Origin: an uncultured Ignavibacteria bacterium
Lineage (GTDB): Bacteria > Bacteroidota > Ignavibacteria > Kapaibacteriales > UBA2268
Reading direction: 5' to 3'
Assembly (NCBI GenBank): GCA_903862655.1
Contig: CAIOZA010000024.1
Span: 11,716-75,715, forward strand
Length of the DNA: 64,000 nt
Shown: positions 47,748 through 58,100 of the stretch, piece after piece
Position numbering within the stretch: the stretch's first letter is position 1
Layout of the letters: each line of letters begins with the position of its first letter
The notes under the pieces: generated by a model
Told to the model about the DNA's origin: nothing
Seen by the model: the letters and a program-made list of their open reading frames with translations, nothing else
Databases searched by the model: none
Made by a program: the position numbers and the translations under genes

Positions 47748-49901
47748 TTATTTAGCTTTTATATCAGTGCCAAGTCTTTGCAGATAAGCAATCAATGCTA
47801 TTATCTCGGCACTTTCTTTAACATCGGTAACTCCTTCTGCGACAAGCTGGGTTGCTATCAACTTAGCCTGTGTCTTTAGATCCTGAGGAGCAACTTTGTC
47901 ATATCCGACAGGATATGGAACTCCAAGAGTCATCATTGCCGCAATCTTAGCAGAGACAGATTGAATATCCATTTCCTTGGTCAGGAGCCATGGGAATGCA
48001 GGCATAATAGATCCGGGAGAAATATCTCTTGGATTATTCATGTGCCAGTAATGCCATGAATTGTTGTACTTACCGCCTTCTCTGTGGAGATCGGGTCCGG
48101 TACGTTTAGAACCCCACTGGAATGGATGGTCGTAAACAAATTCGCCCACTTTTGAGTATTCTCTGTATCTTTCTGTTTCCGAGCGGAATGGTCTTACCAT
48201 CTGAGAATGGCATGTATAGCATCCTTCGCGAATATACATATCTCTTCCATAAAGTTCCAAAGGTGTATATGGCTTAACGCTTGCAATTGTCGGAACATTG
48301 GATTTAATCAATATCATTGGGATAATTTCAACAGCTCCGCCAATTGCTATAACAATAGTTGCAACAAACAACATCGCCATTGGCTTGCGTTCTAGCCATC
48401 TGTGTTGTCTTTCGCCAGTTTCTTTAATGTATTGAAAAGGGAAAGGTGTCGCCTGATCTTTTTCATTTTTAACAAATGATCCCTGCTTAGCCGTTTTAAC
48501 TAAATTGTAGACCATCAAGCAAGCACCGACAAGATATATTGTGCCTCCGGTGGCTCTTATCATATACATTGGTAAAATCTGAGTTACAGTTTCAAGGAAG
48601 TTTGGATACTGCAAAACTCCTTCAGGAGTGAATTGCTTCCACATCAACCCCTGAGTAACACCTGCTATATACATTGGAATTACATAAGTAAGGATTCCTA
48701 GAGTGCCAATCCAAAAATGAGCATTAGCCAATTTCTTAGAATATAATTTTGTGTTCCAAAGCTTTGGAATTAGCCAGTATAAAACACCGAATGTGAGGAA
48801 CCCGTTCCAACCAAGTACACCAACGTGGACGTGAGCGATTGTCCAGTCTGTATAATGCGAAAGAGCATTGATACTCTTAACAGCAAGCATCGGGCCCTCA
48901 AGCGTAGCCATACCATAAGCAGTAACAGCAACAACCATGAATTTAAGAATAGGATCTTCTCTTACTTTATCCCATGCGCCACGTAATGTGAGCAATCCAT
49001 TGAGCATACCACCCCAGGATGGAGCAATAAGCATTATTGAGAATACTGTCCCCAATGACTGTGCCCAATCGGGTAATGATGTGTATAATAAGTGATGTGG
49101 TCCAGCCCATATATATATAAACAGGAGTGACCAGAAATGAATAATCGATAATTTGTACGAATATACCGGTCTATTGGCTGCTTTCGGCAGAAAGTAGTAC
49201 ATTAAACCAAGATAAGGTGTGGTTAAAAAGAATGCAACGGCATTATGACCATACCACCACTGAACCAAAGCATCCTGAACACCGGCATAAACTGAATAAC
49301 TGTGCAACCAGGTATAAGGCAATTCCATTGAATTTACCACATGCAATACAGTAATTGTTACCCAAGATGCAATGTAAAACCAGATTGCAACATAAAGATG
49401 TCTTTCACGCCTCTTCAGGATTGTCATGAACATGTTCAATCCGAAAATTATCCAGACAATAGCAATCAGGATATCAATTGGCCACTCCAGCTCGGCGTAT
49501 TCTTTACCTGTTGTGATTCCCGCATGGAAAGTGATAGCAGCCGATGCTATGATTAATTGCCAACCCCAGAAATGTAACTTGCCCAGCATATCGCTGAACA
49601 TTCTGGTTTTGCATAATCTTTGCAGTGAATAATATACTCCCATGAAAATACCATTGCCCACAAAAGCAAATATGGCTGCATTTGTGTGAATGGGTCTTAT
49701 ACGTCCGAATGTTAAAAATTCTGAACCAAAGTTTAATTGTGGCATGAATATAGCAAATGCGACATAAACTCCATAGAGAAATGCAGCTATACCCCAGACA
49801 ACAGTTGCCATAGCAAAGAGTTTTACGATGCCATTGTCATAGTAAAAAGTCTCTAAATTTGCCTGATATTCATTTGATGAAGCGGTAGAGTGTTCAGCCA
49901 T
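47748..49901 (-). CDS. ccoNO: cbb3-type cytochrome c oxidase subunits I+II fused (CcoNO)
   Basis: 717 aa. Heme-copper oxidase subunit I (12+ TM helices, His ligands HFWSL…, HHLLY, HVHVGV) fused to the CcoO monoheme domain (CYTCHSQMVRPF, …GPDLHREGGKYNNSWHYWHM). Confidence 0.9.
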   Translation of the reverse strand: MAEHSTASSNEYQANLETFYYDNGIVKLFAMATVVWGIAAFLYGVYVAFAIFMPQLNFGSEFLTFGRIRPIHTNAAIFAFVGNGIFMGVYYSLQRLCKTRMFSDMLGKLHFWGWQLIIASAAITFHAGITTGKEYAELEWPIDILIAIVWIIFGLNMFMTILKRRERHLYVAIWFYIASWVTITVLHVVNSMELPYTWLHSYSVYAGVQDALVQWWYGHNAVAFFLTTPYLGLMYYFLPKAANRPVYSYKLSIIHFWSLLFIYIWAGPHHLLYTSLPDWAQSLGTVFSIMLIAPSWGGMLNGLLTLRGAWDKVREDPILKFMVVAVTAYGMATLEGPMLAVKSINALSHYTDWTIAHVHVGVLGWNGFLTFGVLYWLIPKLWNTKLYSKKLANAHFWIGTLGILTYVIPMYIAGVTQGLMWKQFTPEGVLQYPNFLETVTQILPMYMIRATGGTIYLVGACLMVYNLVKTAKQGSFVKNEKDQATPFPFQYIKETGERQHRWLERKPMAMLFVATIVIAIGGAVEIIPMILIKSNVPTIASVKPYTPLELYGRDMYIREGCYTCHSQMVRPFRSETERYREYSKVGEFVYDHPFQWGSKRTGPDLHREGGKYNNSWHYWHMNNPRDISPGSIMPAFPWLLTKEMDIQSVSAKIAAMMTLGVPYPVGYDKVAPQDLKTQAKLIATQLVAEGVTDVKESAEIIALIAYLQRLGTDIKAK

Positions 49902-50087
49902 TTAATTCACCTGATTTATTCTTAGATCGTTATTTTCTTCATTATTTTTATCGTTATCCATAAGGATTCTCAAAGAGGGTGTGAATGTGTCTTCATACTG
50001 ATTATTTTTGACAGCCCATAGAAAAGCAGCTAGAAATGAAATTGCCAGAGTAAAACTTATCACAATTAAGATCAACATTACAGTCAT
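49902..50087 (-). CDS. ccoS: cbb3 oxidase maturation protein CcoS/FixS
   Basis: 61 aa with a single TM helix (LILIVISFTLAISFLAAFLWAV). Sits between ccoI and ccoNO, as FixS does. Confidence 0.6.
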   Translation of the reverse strand: MTVMLILIVISFTLAISFLAAFLWAVKNNQYEDTFTPSLRILMDNDKNNEENNDLRINQVN

Positions 50088-50235
50088 TTATGTTCTTTCG
50101 TCAATTTCGATAGTACACAATATAAATGAAAATAAACTAATTATCAAGAACATTTTTGTCTTAAATGAAACCATAATTCATTAACGAGCATCAGCACTAC
50201 TTTTAGAATAATCTACAGGAAATTTTTGCCTCAAA

Positions 50236-52548
50236 TTATATGTGCAGTTTCTTTGCATCATAGCGTACTTTCAAAACTGTAAATGCCATTATACTAAAAG
50301 AACTAACAGGCATAAATATTGCCGAAATCAATGGTGTCAGATTGCCCTGAACAGCAAAGTACAATCCAATAAAATTATACAATATAGAAATAGCAAAGCT
50401 AATATACACAGTTTGAACGCTTTTATTTGTCAGATGAATAAATGCCGGGATTTTTTCGATATTATCAGCCTGCATAATCGCATCCGAGCCAGGAGTGAAG
50501 CTTGAATCTGAATTAGTTACCGCTATTCCCACATTACTCTGTCTGATTGCTCCGGCATCATTCAAACCATCGCCTATCATCATTACTTTTTTATTATCAG
50601 CCTGAAGTTTCTCAATGTGCTCCAGCTTATCAATCGGAAGCTGATTAAACTTAATCACCGTCTTACCATCGGTTATTTGATTCAGATTCTCTTTCTCTGC
50701 ATCATTATCTCCAGAAAGTATCGTTATAGTATATTTTCTTACTAATTCGGAAATAGTGTCCTTAATATTTGATCTGTAAGATGGCCTGACAATATAATAA
50801 CCCATCAGCACATTATTGATTGAAAGAAAAACAGAAGATTCAGTTTGTTGTGTTTCAAAATTAAGATCTTCGAGTACGGAACAATTCGTTAATGGATTTT
50901 TAACAAATCCAAGTTTACCCATTCTGACCGATACACCTTCGAATTCGGCTTCAATACCTTTGCCGGGAGTCTCAGTGAAATTTCTTATCTCAACATTATT
51001 TTTATCTTTATGGAATAGGAATACCAGTCTGCTGAGCGGGTGGGTGGAATGCTTAGCTATGGATTTGATAAGGATAGTTTCATCTTCGCTTAATGTTTTT
51101 CCCAAATATTCAACGCTGCTTTTCGAAATGTCAGTCAGTGTGCCGGTTTTGTCAAAAATTATAGAATCAATCTTTGAAATACTTTCAACAATATTAGCAT
51201 TCTTCAGAAAGAAACTGTTCCTGCTGAAGACTCTTAGAACTGTGCCATAAGTATAAGGCAGAACCAGGGCAAATGCACAGGGACATGCAATGATAAGAAC
51301 AGATGTGAACGAATTAAAAGCTAAATTTAGATTCTTAGGTAACCAATAAAGAAAACTGCCGCTTGCCAGCAGAAGTATTCCAATGGTGAACCACATTGCG
51401 GCTGTATTTGAGATATTGGAAGAATAACTGTCGTCATTCTTTGCGAAAGCCTTATGGTTCCATAGTTCAGTGATATAACTCTGGAAAAATGCCTTCACGG
51501 CTTTAACTTCGATAGAGCTTCCCTGGTGGATGCCTCCGGCATAAATTTTCTGTCCTTTAGCCACATCCACCGGTTTTGATTCCCCGCTAACAAAACTGTA
51601 GTCGATCATTGCTGAATCTGACTCCAATATTGAATCAGTTGGAACAATCTCGTTGTTGCGAATAATGAGATTATCGTCCGGTTTGATTTCATTCAAAGAT
51701 ACGAATTCTTCAACATCGTTGCGCTTCCGGATGACAGAAAGCGGGAAATAGGATTTATAGTCACGATCGAACGAAAGGCTATAAAAGGTTTTCTGCCTGA
51801 ATATCCTGCCGACTAACAGTAGGAAAACTAATCCGGCCATTGAATCGATGAATCCAGGACCCCTGCCGCTTAATATATCTATTGCACTTCTTATAAGCAA
51901 AGCTAAAATGCCAAGACTGATCGGAAGATCTATATTGATATAACCAAGTTTCAGACTGGTCCATGCTGTTTTGAAGAAGTCCGATGCCGAATACATCAAT
52001 GCTCCGCCAAGCAACAAGCTCAAATATCCGAAGTACTTTTTAAATTCAGGCTCAAGAAGCCCACCGGACAAGTATTCTGGAAAAGCAAAAAGCATAACAT
52101 TGCCGAAAGCGAATCCTGCGACACCGACCTTTAGAAAAATTGACTTGTTAATTCCAATTGTCTTTTTGCCCTCGATGTCAGATATATTCAGATGTGGTTT
52201 ATATCCAATAGAAGTGATAAGTTCGACTATCTTTCGTAATGATGTCTGCTCTTCATTGTAGGTAATTGAAATATCTTTCTTGAGGAAATTCACTGTTGAT
52301 TCAAGCACACCTTTGTCAAGTCGGTAAAGATTTTCCAACAGCCAGATACAGGCACTACAGTATATCTCCGGAATGAACAGAGTAATCTTAGAAGTTCCAT
52401 TAATACTAAATTGAAGCAGTTTTTCCTGTATTCCTTTGTCGTCCAGAAAAGCAAATTCTGATTTGTCGAAACTCTTAGGTTTGATGCCACTTTTGCGGGC
52501 TAATTTATAGTAATTATCAAGGTTATTGTCATTGAGAAGTTCATGCAC
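50236..52548 (-). CDS. ccoI: copper-translocating P1B-type ATPase CcoI/FixI (annotated from first canonical start; true N-terminus probably ~30 codons upstream)
   Basis: HMA-like CSAC. TM CPC motif (IIACPCAFALV). DKTGTLT phosphorylation site. GDGLNDAGA hinge. Upstream in frame, with no ATG/GTG/TTG, lies …DVVCYHCGDYC…FCCSGCLF, matching the conserved CcoI N-terminus (CYHC…CC.GC). Confidence 0.85.
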   Translation of the reverse strand: MHELLNDNNLDNYYKLARKSGIKPKSFDKSEFAFLDDKGIQEKLLQFSINGTSKITLFIPEIYCSACIWLLENLYRLDKGVLESTVNFLKKDISITYNEEQTSLRKIVELITSIGYKPHLNISDIEGKKTIGINKSIFLKVGVAGFAFGNVMLFAFPEYLSGGLLEPEFKKYFGYLSLLLGGALMYSASDFFKTAWTSLKLGYINIDLPISLGILALLIRSAIDILSGRGPGFIDSMAGLVFLLLVGRIFRQKTFYSLSFDRDYKSYFPLSVIRKRNDVEEFVSLNEIKPDDNLIIRNNEIVPTDSILESDSAMIDYSFVSGESKPVDVAKGQKIYAGGIHQGSSIEVKAVKAFFQSYITELWNHKAFAKNDDSYSSNISNTAAMWFTIGILLLASGSFLYWLPKNLNLAFNSFTSVLIIACPCAFALVLPYTYGTVLRVFSRNSFFLKNANIVESISKIDSIIFDKTGTLTDISKSSVEYLGKTLSEDETILIKSIAKHSTHPLSRLVFLFHKDKNNVEIRNFTETPGKGIEAEFEGVSVRMGKLGFVKNPLTNCSVLEDLNFETQQTESSVFLSINNVLMGYYIVRPSYRSNIKDTISELVRKYTITILSGDNDAEKENLNQITDGKTVIKFNQLPIDKLEHIEKLQADNKKVMMIGDGLNDAGAIRQSNVGIAVTNSDSSFTPGSDAIMQADNIEKIPAFIHLTNKSVQTVYISFAISILYNFIGLYFAVQGNLTPLISAIFMPVSSFSIMAFTVLKVRYDAKKLHI

Positions 52549-52882
52549 AAAAAGACAGCCAGAACAACAGAACGATTTTTCTTCCCGCTGGATAATCTCA
52601 GTTGTACAGTAATCACCACAATGATAGCAAACTACATCAATATTTTCTGAAGACTTAATAATGTCTATTGATTTTTTTAGTTTAGTCTAAAAATTAGTAT
52701 ACAAACTTAACTACATTTGATATATTTTCAAATTCAATTTTCAATTTAATAATTTTCTGATCTATTAAGAATTTTAATGCTTCTCGGAGCATTTAATGTG
52801 CTATTATTTTTTTATATTAACAAATAAAGTCATTATATTTGTATTGAATAATACAATTATCAAAGCTGTTAAAGGCAATACA

Positions 52883-53755
52883 ATGAAAAAAGCACTTCTA
52901 ATAATCGTTATCTTGTCTTTCTGCATTAGCTGCAAAAAAGATAATCCAACTGTTCCTGTCGTTGAGCCTCATATTTCTTTTATTACACCTTCAACTGCTT
53001 TAATTGGTTACACTGTTTCAATTATTGGTTCTAATTTTGGTTCTTCAAAGGATTCTAATTCAGTTTCTATCAATGAAATTATTGTTTCCCAATATATTAG
53101 CTGGAGTGATACTTTAATAAAAATAACAGTTCCTGTGGGGGCATCTACCGGTAAATTATATCTTAAAGTTAATGATTTAAAAAGTAATGAAATTAATATC
53201 ACTTTAGGTGTAACTATTAACTATGAAATGATTAAAATAGGTTCTCAAATCTGGATGTTAAGAAATCTTGATGTTGACCATTATCGTAATGGTGATCCAA
53301 TACCTGAAGTTAAGGATCCAAATGATTGGCTAAAACTTAAAACTGGTGCTTGGTGCTATTTTTATAATGATTCTAGTTTCGGCATAACCTATGGTAAACT
53401 TTACAACTGGTATGCTGTTAATGATCCTCGTGGATTAGCTCCTGAAGGTTGGCATATTCCATCTGACATAGAGTGGACAACATTATCTTCATATCTTGGT
53501 GGTTCAAGTGTAGCTGGAGGCAAGCTGAAAAATGAAAGTGGCTTTTCCGCTCTCCTCGGAGGTTACCGCCACAGCGATGGTATATTCGACTATATTGCGT
53601 ACAGCGGCAATTGGTGGTCTTCTACTGAGAGCGGTACAATGGTCCTCCCGTACTACCCATGGTACAGATATATCTACTCCTACAACGCTGAAATATGCAG
53701 ATACAAAACCTATGCGGGTTTTGGCTTTTCTGTCCGTTGCATTAAAGACAACTAA
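52883..53755 (+). CDS. lipoprotein with IPT/TIG domain and Fibrobacter succinogenes major paralogous (FISUMP) domain
   Basis: ORF track 52796..53755. The Met at 52883 gives lipoprotein signal MKKALLIIVILSFCISC. IPT-like FITPSTALIGYTVSIIGSNFG. C-terminal half is ~60% identical to 23701..24600 (…GWHIPSDIEWTTL…GFSALLGGYR…NWWSSTES…GFSVRCIKDN). Confidence 0.7.
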   Translation: MKKALLIIVILSFCISCKKDNPTVPVVEPHISFITPSTALIGYTVSIIGSNFGSSKDSNSVSINEIIVSQYISWSDTLIKITVPVGASTGKLYLKVNDLKSNEINITLGVTINYEMIKIGSQIWMLRNLDVDHYRNGDPIPEVKDPNDWLKLKTGAWCYFYNDSSFGITYGKLYNWYAVNDPRGLAPEGWHIPSDIEWTTLSSYLGGSSVAGGKLKNESGFSALLGGYRHSDGIFDYIAYSGNWWSSTESGTMVLPYYPWYRYIYSYNAEICRYKTYAGFGFSVRCIKDN

Positions 53756-53973
53756 ACCAAGAGTAATTCTATTTCCACTGCGTTCCAATTCTATTGCTCT
53801 TAAATGCCATGACTTACATTATCGCACGACCAGCTGTCCCGACAGATCGTTTTTTTTCATTAACAGAGTTTGCTGATTCGTTGTCTGCTGACCTAGTAAA
53901 TCATTATTCATTCTACTTTGGACTTTCTACTTTTAACTCTTTTCGATGTCAAAATATTTATTATCTTTGATTT

Positions 53974-55047
53974 ATGAAAAAACGAAAAATTAAGAAAGCA
54001 TTTAAGAGACTCTTCAATCTGCCACCGGGGTTAGATTTATTCAAGTATGTTGTTAATAAACTTGAGAATATATCCTTCCGCGCTAAGAAGAGCACTTATG
54101 TAGCCTATCCATCAAATCTCATGCTGGAAGTAACAAATTACTGTAATCTCCATTGTATAACCTGTGCACGTGAATATGCTTTCGGAGCTGATATGGCTAT
54201 AGGCCACATGGATATCAACCTTCTAAAGAAGATTATCGATCAGGCTTATCCATACATAGATTCTGTAGGGCTGACAGGTCTTGGCGAACCGACTCTTTAC
54301 AAGCATCTGCCTGAGGCTCTAAGATATATCAAAGCCAAGAACAAGGGCATCATCACAAGTATGTCCACAAATGCATCAATAAGTGCCTCGGTTGATAAAA
54401 TTCGCGAGATCAAGAATGATATTGACACAATCCAGGTTTCAATCGATGGAATCGGAGAGGTTTACAACTCTATTCGCAAAAATGGTAATTATGACAAATT
54501 TCTCCAGAATCTGATACAAATCTCTGAAATTGTTTCCGGTAGTGAGGTTGACATTGCGCTCAACACTGTTGTTGTGAAAGAAAATTTCCGGCAAATGAGC
54601 GATCTGATAAGATTGGCTCATGATCTTAAATTGACTAATATGAACTTCACCATATTCAATCTGGCTTCTGTCACAGATATCCCGATAGAATACTATGACT
54701 TCTATCACACAAAAGAATTTCTTGATGAACTAAGCAAAGCTAAGGATACAGCACAGAAATATCCGGAAATTGATGTAACGTTTTGGGATTATAAGACCGA
54801 GAATGGATTTGACAAGTGCCACTATCCATTCAATCATTTCTACGTTTCCTGGGATGGGTATATGCCTCCATGCTGTGCCAAACCATTCCCCAAGATTATG
54901 AACTTCGGTGACTTCAACAATTCCAGCCTGATCGATATACTAAATTCAGATGGTATTCGGCAGTTCCGCGAACTTTCGTACAAGAATATAACACCAGATT
55001 TCTGCCAAAAATGTAATTATATAGACTTGAAGCCCATTAAGAAATAA
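53974..55047 (+). CDS. radical SAM enzyme with C-terminal SPASM/twitch-type Cys cluster
   Basis: CNLHCITC (CxxxCxxC) at residues ~57-64. GLGEPTL SAM-binding motif. C-terminal CHYPFNHFYVSWDGYMPPCC…FCQKCNY auxiliary cluster pattern. Confidence 0.75.
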   Translation: MKKRKIKKAFKRLFNLPPGLDLFKYVVNKLENISFRAKKSTYVAYPSNLMLEVTNYCNLHCITCAREYAFGADMAIGHMDINLLKKIIDQAYPYIDSVGLTGLGEPTLYKHLPEALRYIKAKNKGIITSMSTNASISASVDKIREIKNDIDTIQVSIDGIGEVYNSIRKNGNYDKFLQNLIQISEIVSGSEVDIALNTVVVKENFRQMSDLIRLAHDLKLTNMNFTIFNLASVTDIPIEYYDFYHTKEFLDELSKAKDTAQKYPEIDVTFWDYKTENGFDKCHYPFNHFYVSWDGYMPPCCAKPFPKIMNFGDFNNSSLIDILNSDGIRQFRELSYKNITPDFCQKCNYIDLKPIKK

Positions 55048-55188
55048 ATTTCTTTTTTTGTGTTAAATATTAGACGGGTTGATTAAATTTATAATTATTT
55101 TACAATATTTTGTAACTTTTATGCTTTTCAAACTATATTATAATAATACATAAGTACAAAATCAATTTTCTTTTTTAGAGGCACCGTT

Positions 55189-58100
55189 ATGAAAAAGCTT
55201 ACTTTCTTACTCGTCCTTTTTCTATTAATTGGTTTACTCCATGCGCAGGATCCTGATCTTACTAAAATCCCAAGCTTTCTTGGGGCAACAAGCTTCAGTA
55301 ACGAATTCTGGGTTACAATCCCTCCATGCTATATGGATGAAAGCGGTGTTGATTCTAATTTCATTAAAATTTTTGTGACCTCACAAGGCAAAACAGAGGT
55401 TACAGTCGAAGTTCCGGGAAAAGGATACCTTTTAACAAAGAATTCTATACCAAATGATATTATTGAATTCAATATCTCACCGGAAGATGGGCAACCGTTT
55501 ACAAAAAGAGGTCCGGAGAAACCACCTGCAGAAAGGATATTCCCCGGTGCAGGAATACATATTTTTGCAGATCAGCCGATTGCATGCTATGTTGTTGTAC
55601 GTTACAAATATACATCGGATGGCTTTCTGGCAATTCCTGTGTCAGCATTGGGCAATGAATATATAGTTGCCGGTTTTAATGAAGAAGGAATGAATGGTCA
55701 GAATATTATTTTGCCTAATATGACAGGCATAGTAGCAGCTTTCGATGATACGCAGGTGCAATTCACTCTCGGTGGAAATAGTGGTACAATAACTGCCGGT
55801 GGCATGAAACCGGGAGATATGGTGAATTTCACAATGCAAAGAGGTGATGTTTGGATGGTTTCAACTGGAAGAGGTGAAGCTGATCTTTCCGGGAGCAAGA
55901 TAGTATCCTCCAAACCAGTAGGTGTTGTTACGGGCAATCAATGTGCTGACATACCAACTGGCAATCGATGGTGCGACTATACTGTCGAAATGGATTTGCC
56001 GACTTATACCTGGGGAACGGATGTAATCGTTCCGAAAGTTCCTTATAGAAAATTTCCTTCAATAGTCAGAATTTTTGCCAAAGAGCCTAATACAAATATT
56101 TATAAAGACTGCAAGTTGATTGGTCAGCTAAAGACTGGTGGCGGTATAGAAGGCAACGGATATCTATCTATGCGTATGGGACCGTATGTTTCAACCCCTA
56201 AGCCAAAATCGGCCGTATTTTCCGGAGATAAACCTATAAATGTAGTTTTATATAACACAGGTGTTGAGGAAGACGGCAATTCTCAAGGCATCGGTGATCC
56301 ATTTGTTATGGGAATTTCTCCTGTAGAACAATTCCAGACTGAAATTCTCTTTTGTACTCCTGGAATCAATGGCGGAATGGGATTCGCCCAAAATTATGTC
56401 AATCTTGTTTATGAAACTGATGAAAATGGAATGATTCCTGATGATCTTGAGTTTTCGACAGTTGTTGGAGGTCAATTTCAGTGGACAAAATTAAAATCTA
56501 AGTTCGACGGGGTAGATGAATTATTACCTTGTAAAGTTAATGGTAAGCAATATGCTGTCAAGCTGATTACACTGACAGGCGACGGAGTTTATAAGATTAG
56601 GGCTAAAAATCCGTTTGCTGCATATTCATTCGGATATTCGGATTATGATTCCTACGGCTATCCTGCTGCTGCAAGAATGTGGGATCAGGAAAAACAAGAT
56701 ACAATCCAGCCCACAGTAGTTTACAATGGTGTCGACTTTTCGAAACGCGGATCAGTAACTGCCTCAGTTACTGATATGCCCGAAAATGCCTCCATAAGGT
56801 CAAATCTGGGTTTGATCACTTTACAGCAAAATTTGTCAACTAATTGCGTTTTACATTACGATCCTATTGTGCCTGGTTCAACACGATCGACCTCATGGAA
56901 GGTGGATGTAATAAATAAAAATATCCCGTCTGTAGCTGTAATTTCTTTTTATGACAGACGCGGCAACGACTCTATTGTCGTTCTTAAATATGAACCGCAA
57001 TCGAATCAAAATTTTGTTCTACTGGTTTCACCCAAAGACAAAACTGAGAATTTACCCATAGACATCAAATTCATCTGGAACAAAGCCCCAGTAACTTCAT
57101 ACCGTTTTCAGATATGCGAGAATAGTGTGTTTGACAATACTGCCCTGTCTTTCGATCTGAAAGATACATTCAAATTAGTATCTGGTCTTAAGAAATATAC
57201 CTCTTATTACTGGAGAGTACAGAGTCTTAGCGACGATTCGATTAAGGTAGTTTTAGGATCATCCGCAATTTGGCAATTCAAGACGGAAACAGGCAAACCA
57301 GAAAAGGTTACATTGATTACACCCGCAAACAACGCTAAAGGATTGAAAACACATATAGAATTCACTTGGGATTACAATTCTCAGCCACAACCCGATAAGT
57401 ATAACATAGAGGTTGCACGTGACTCAGCCTTCATTGATTGGGTTAATACTGAAGACAATATTCCTATTAAGAAGACAGATTTAATAATATACAAAAACAA
57501 TAATTATTACTGGCGTGTTAATGCTGTTAATTCAGCTGGAACCGGTCCGTGGTCTGATGTTTGGAAATTCAATGTAACAAATGACGCTGTAAGATTGAAA
57601 CTGCCTGCAAACAATTCTCAAAATATGCTTCTGACCGGTGAACTGAGATGGGAAAGTATCAGCGGATCGAAATATCAGGTGCAAGTATCCACAACGGAAG
57701 ATTTTTCGAGCACAGTTATGGATATTTCAGATATTCAGTTTACTTTTGTCAGTTACACTCTTTTAACAAATAGTAAATACTACTGGCGTGTACGTGCTAT
57801 TGACAGCTTGACAAGAGAATGGTCAGAAGTCTGGAATTTTGTGACAATTCCAAATGTACCTGTTGCTTTCAATCTGCTTTCACCACCCGACAAGTCAGTC
57901 CGTCAGGAATTCAACCCGACTTTCCGATGGACAAATGCCGGCATGAGTGTGCAATATACTGTACTAATCGGATCAGATCCAAACGTTACAACTAATCTTC
58001 AGGAGTTCACCACAACAAATGAATATCTGACAGTATCCCTCAACCCAAACCTAACATACTATTGGACGGTAAAGGCGAAAAACTACTCAGGAACATCCTA

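Noticed and set aside
53974-55047. Radical SAM gene as a prokaryotic viperin-like antiviral enzyme
   Set aside because: It has a C-terminal SPASM/twitch Cys cluster, which viperins lack. No adjacent nucleotide kinase either; the cytidylate-kinase-like gene is 34 kb away.
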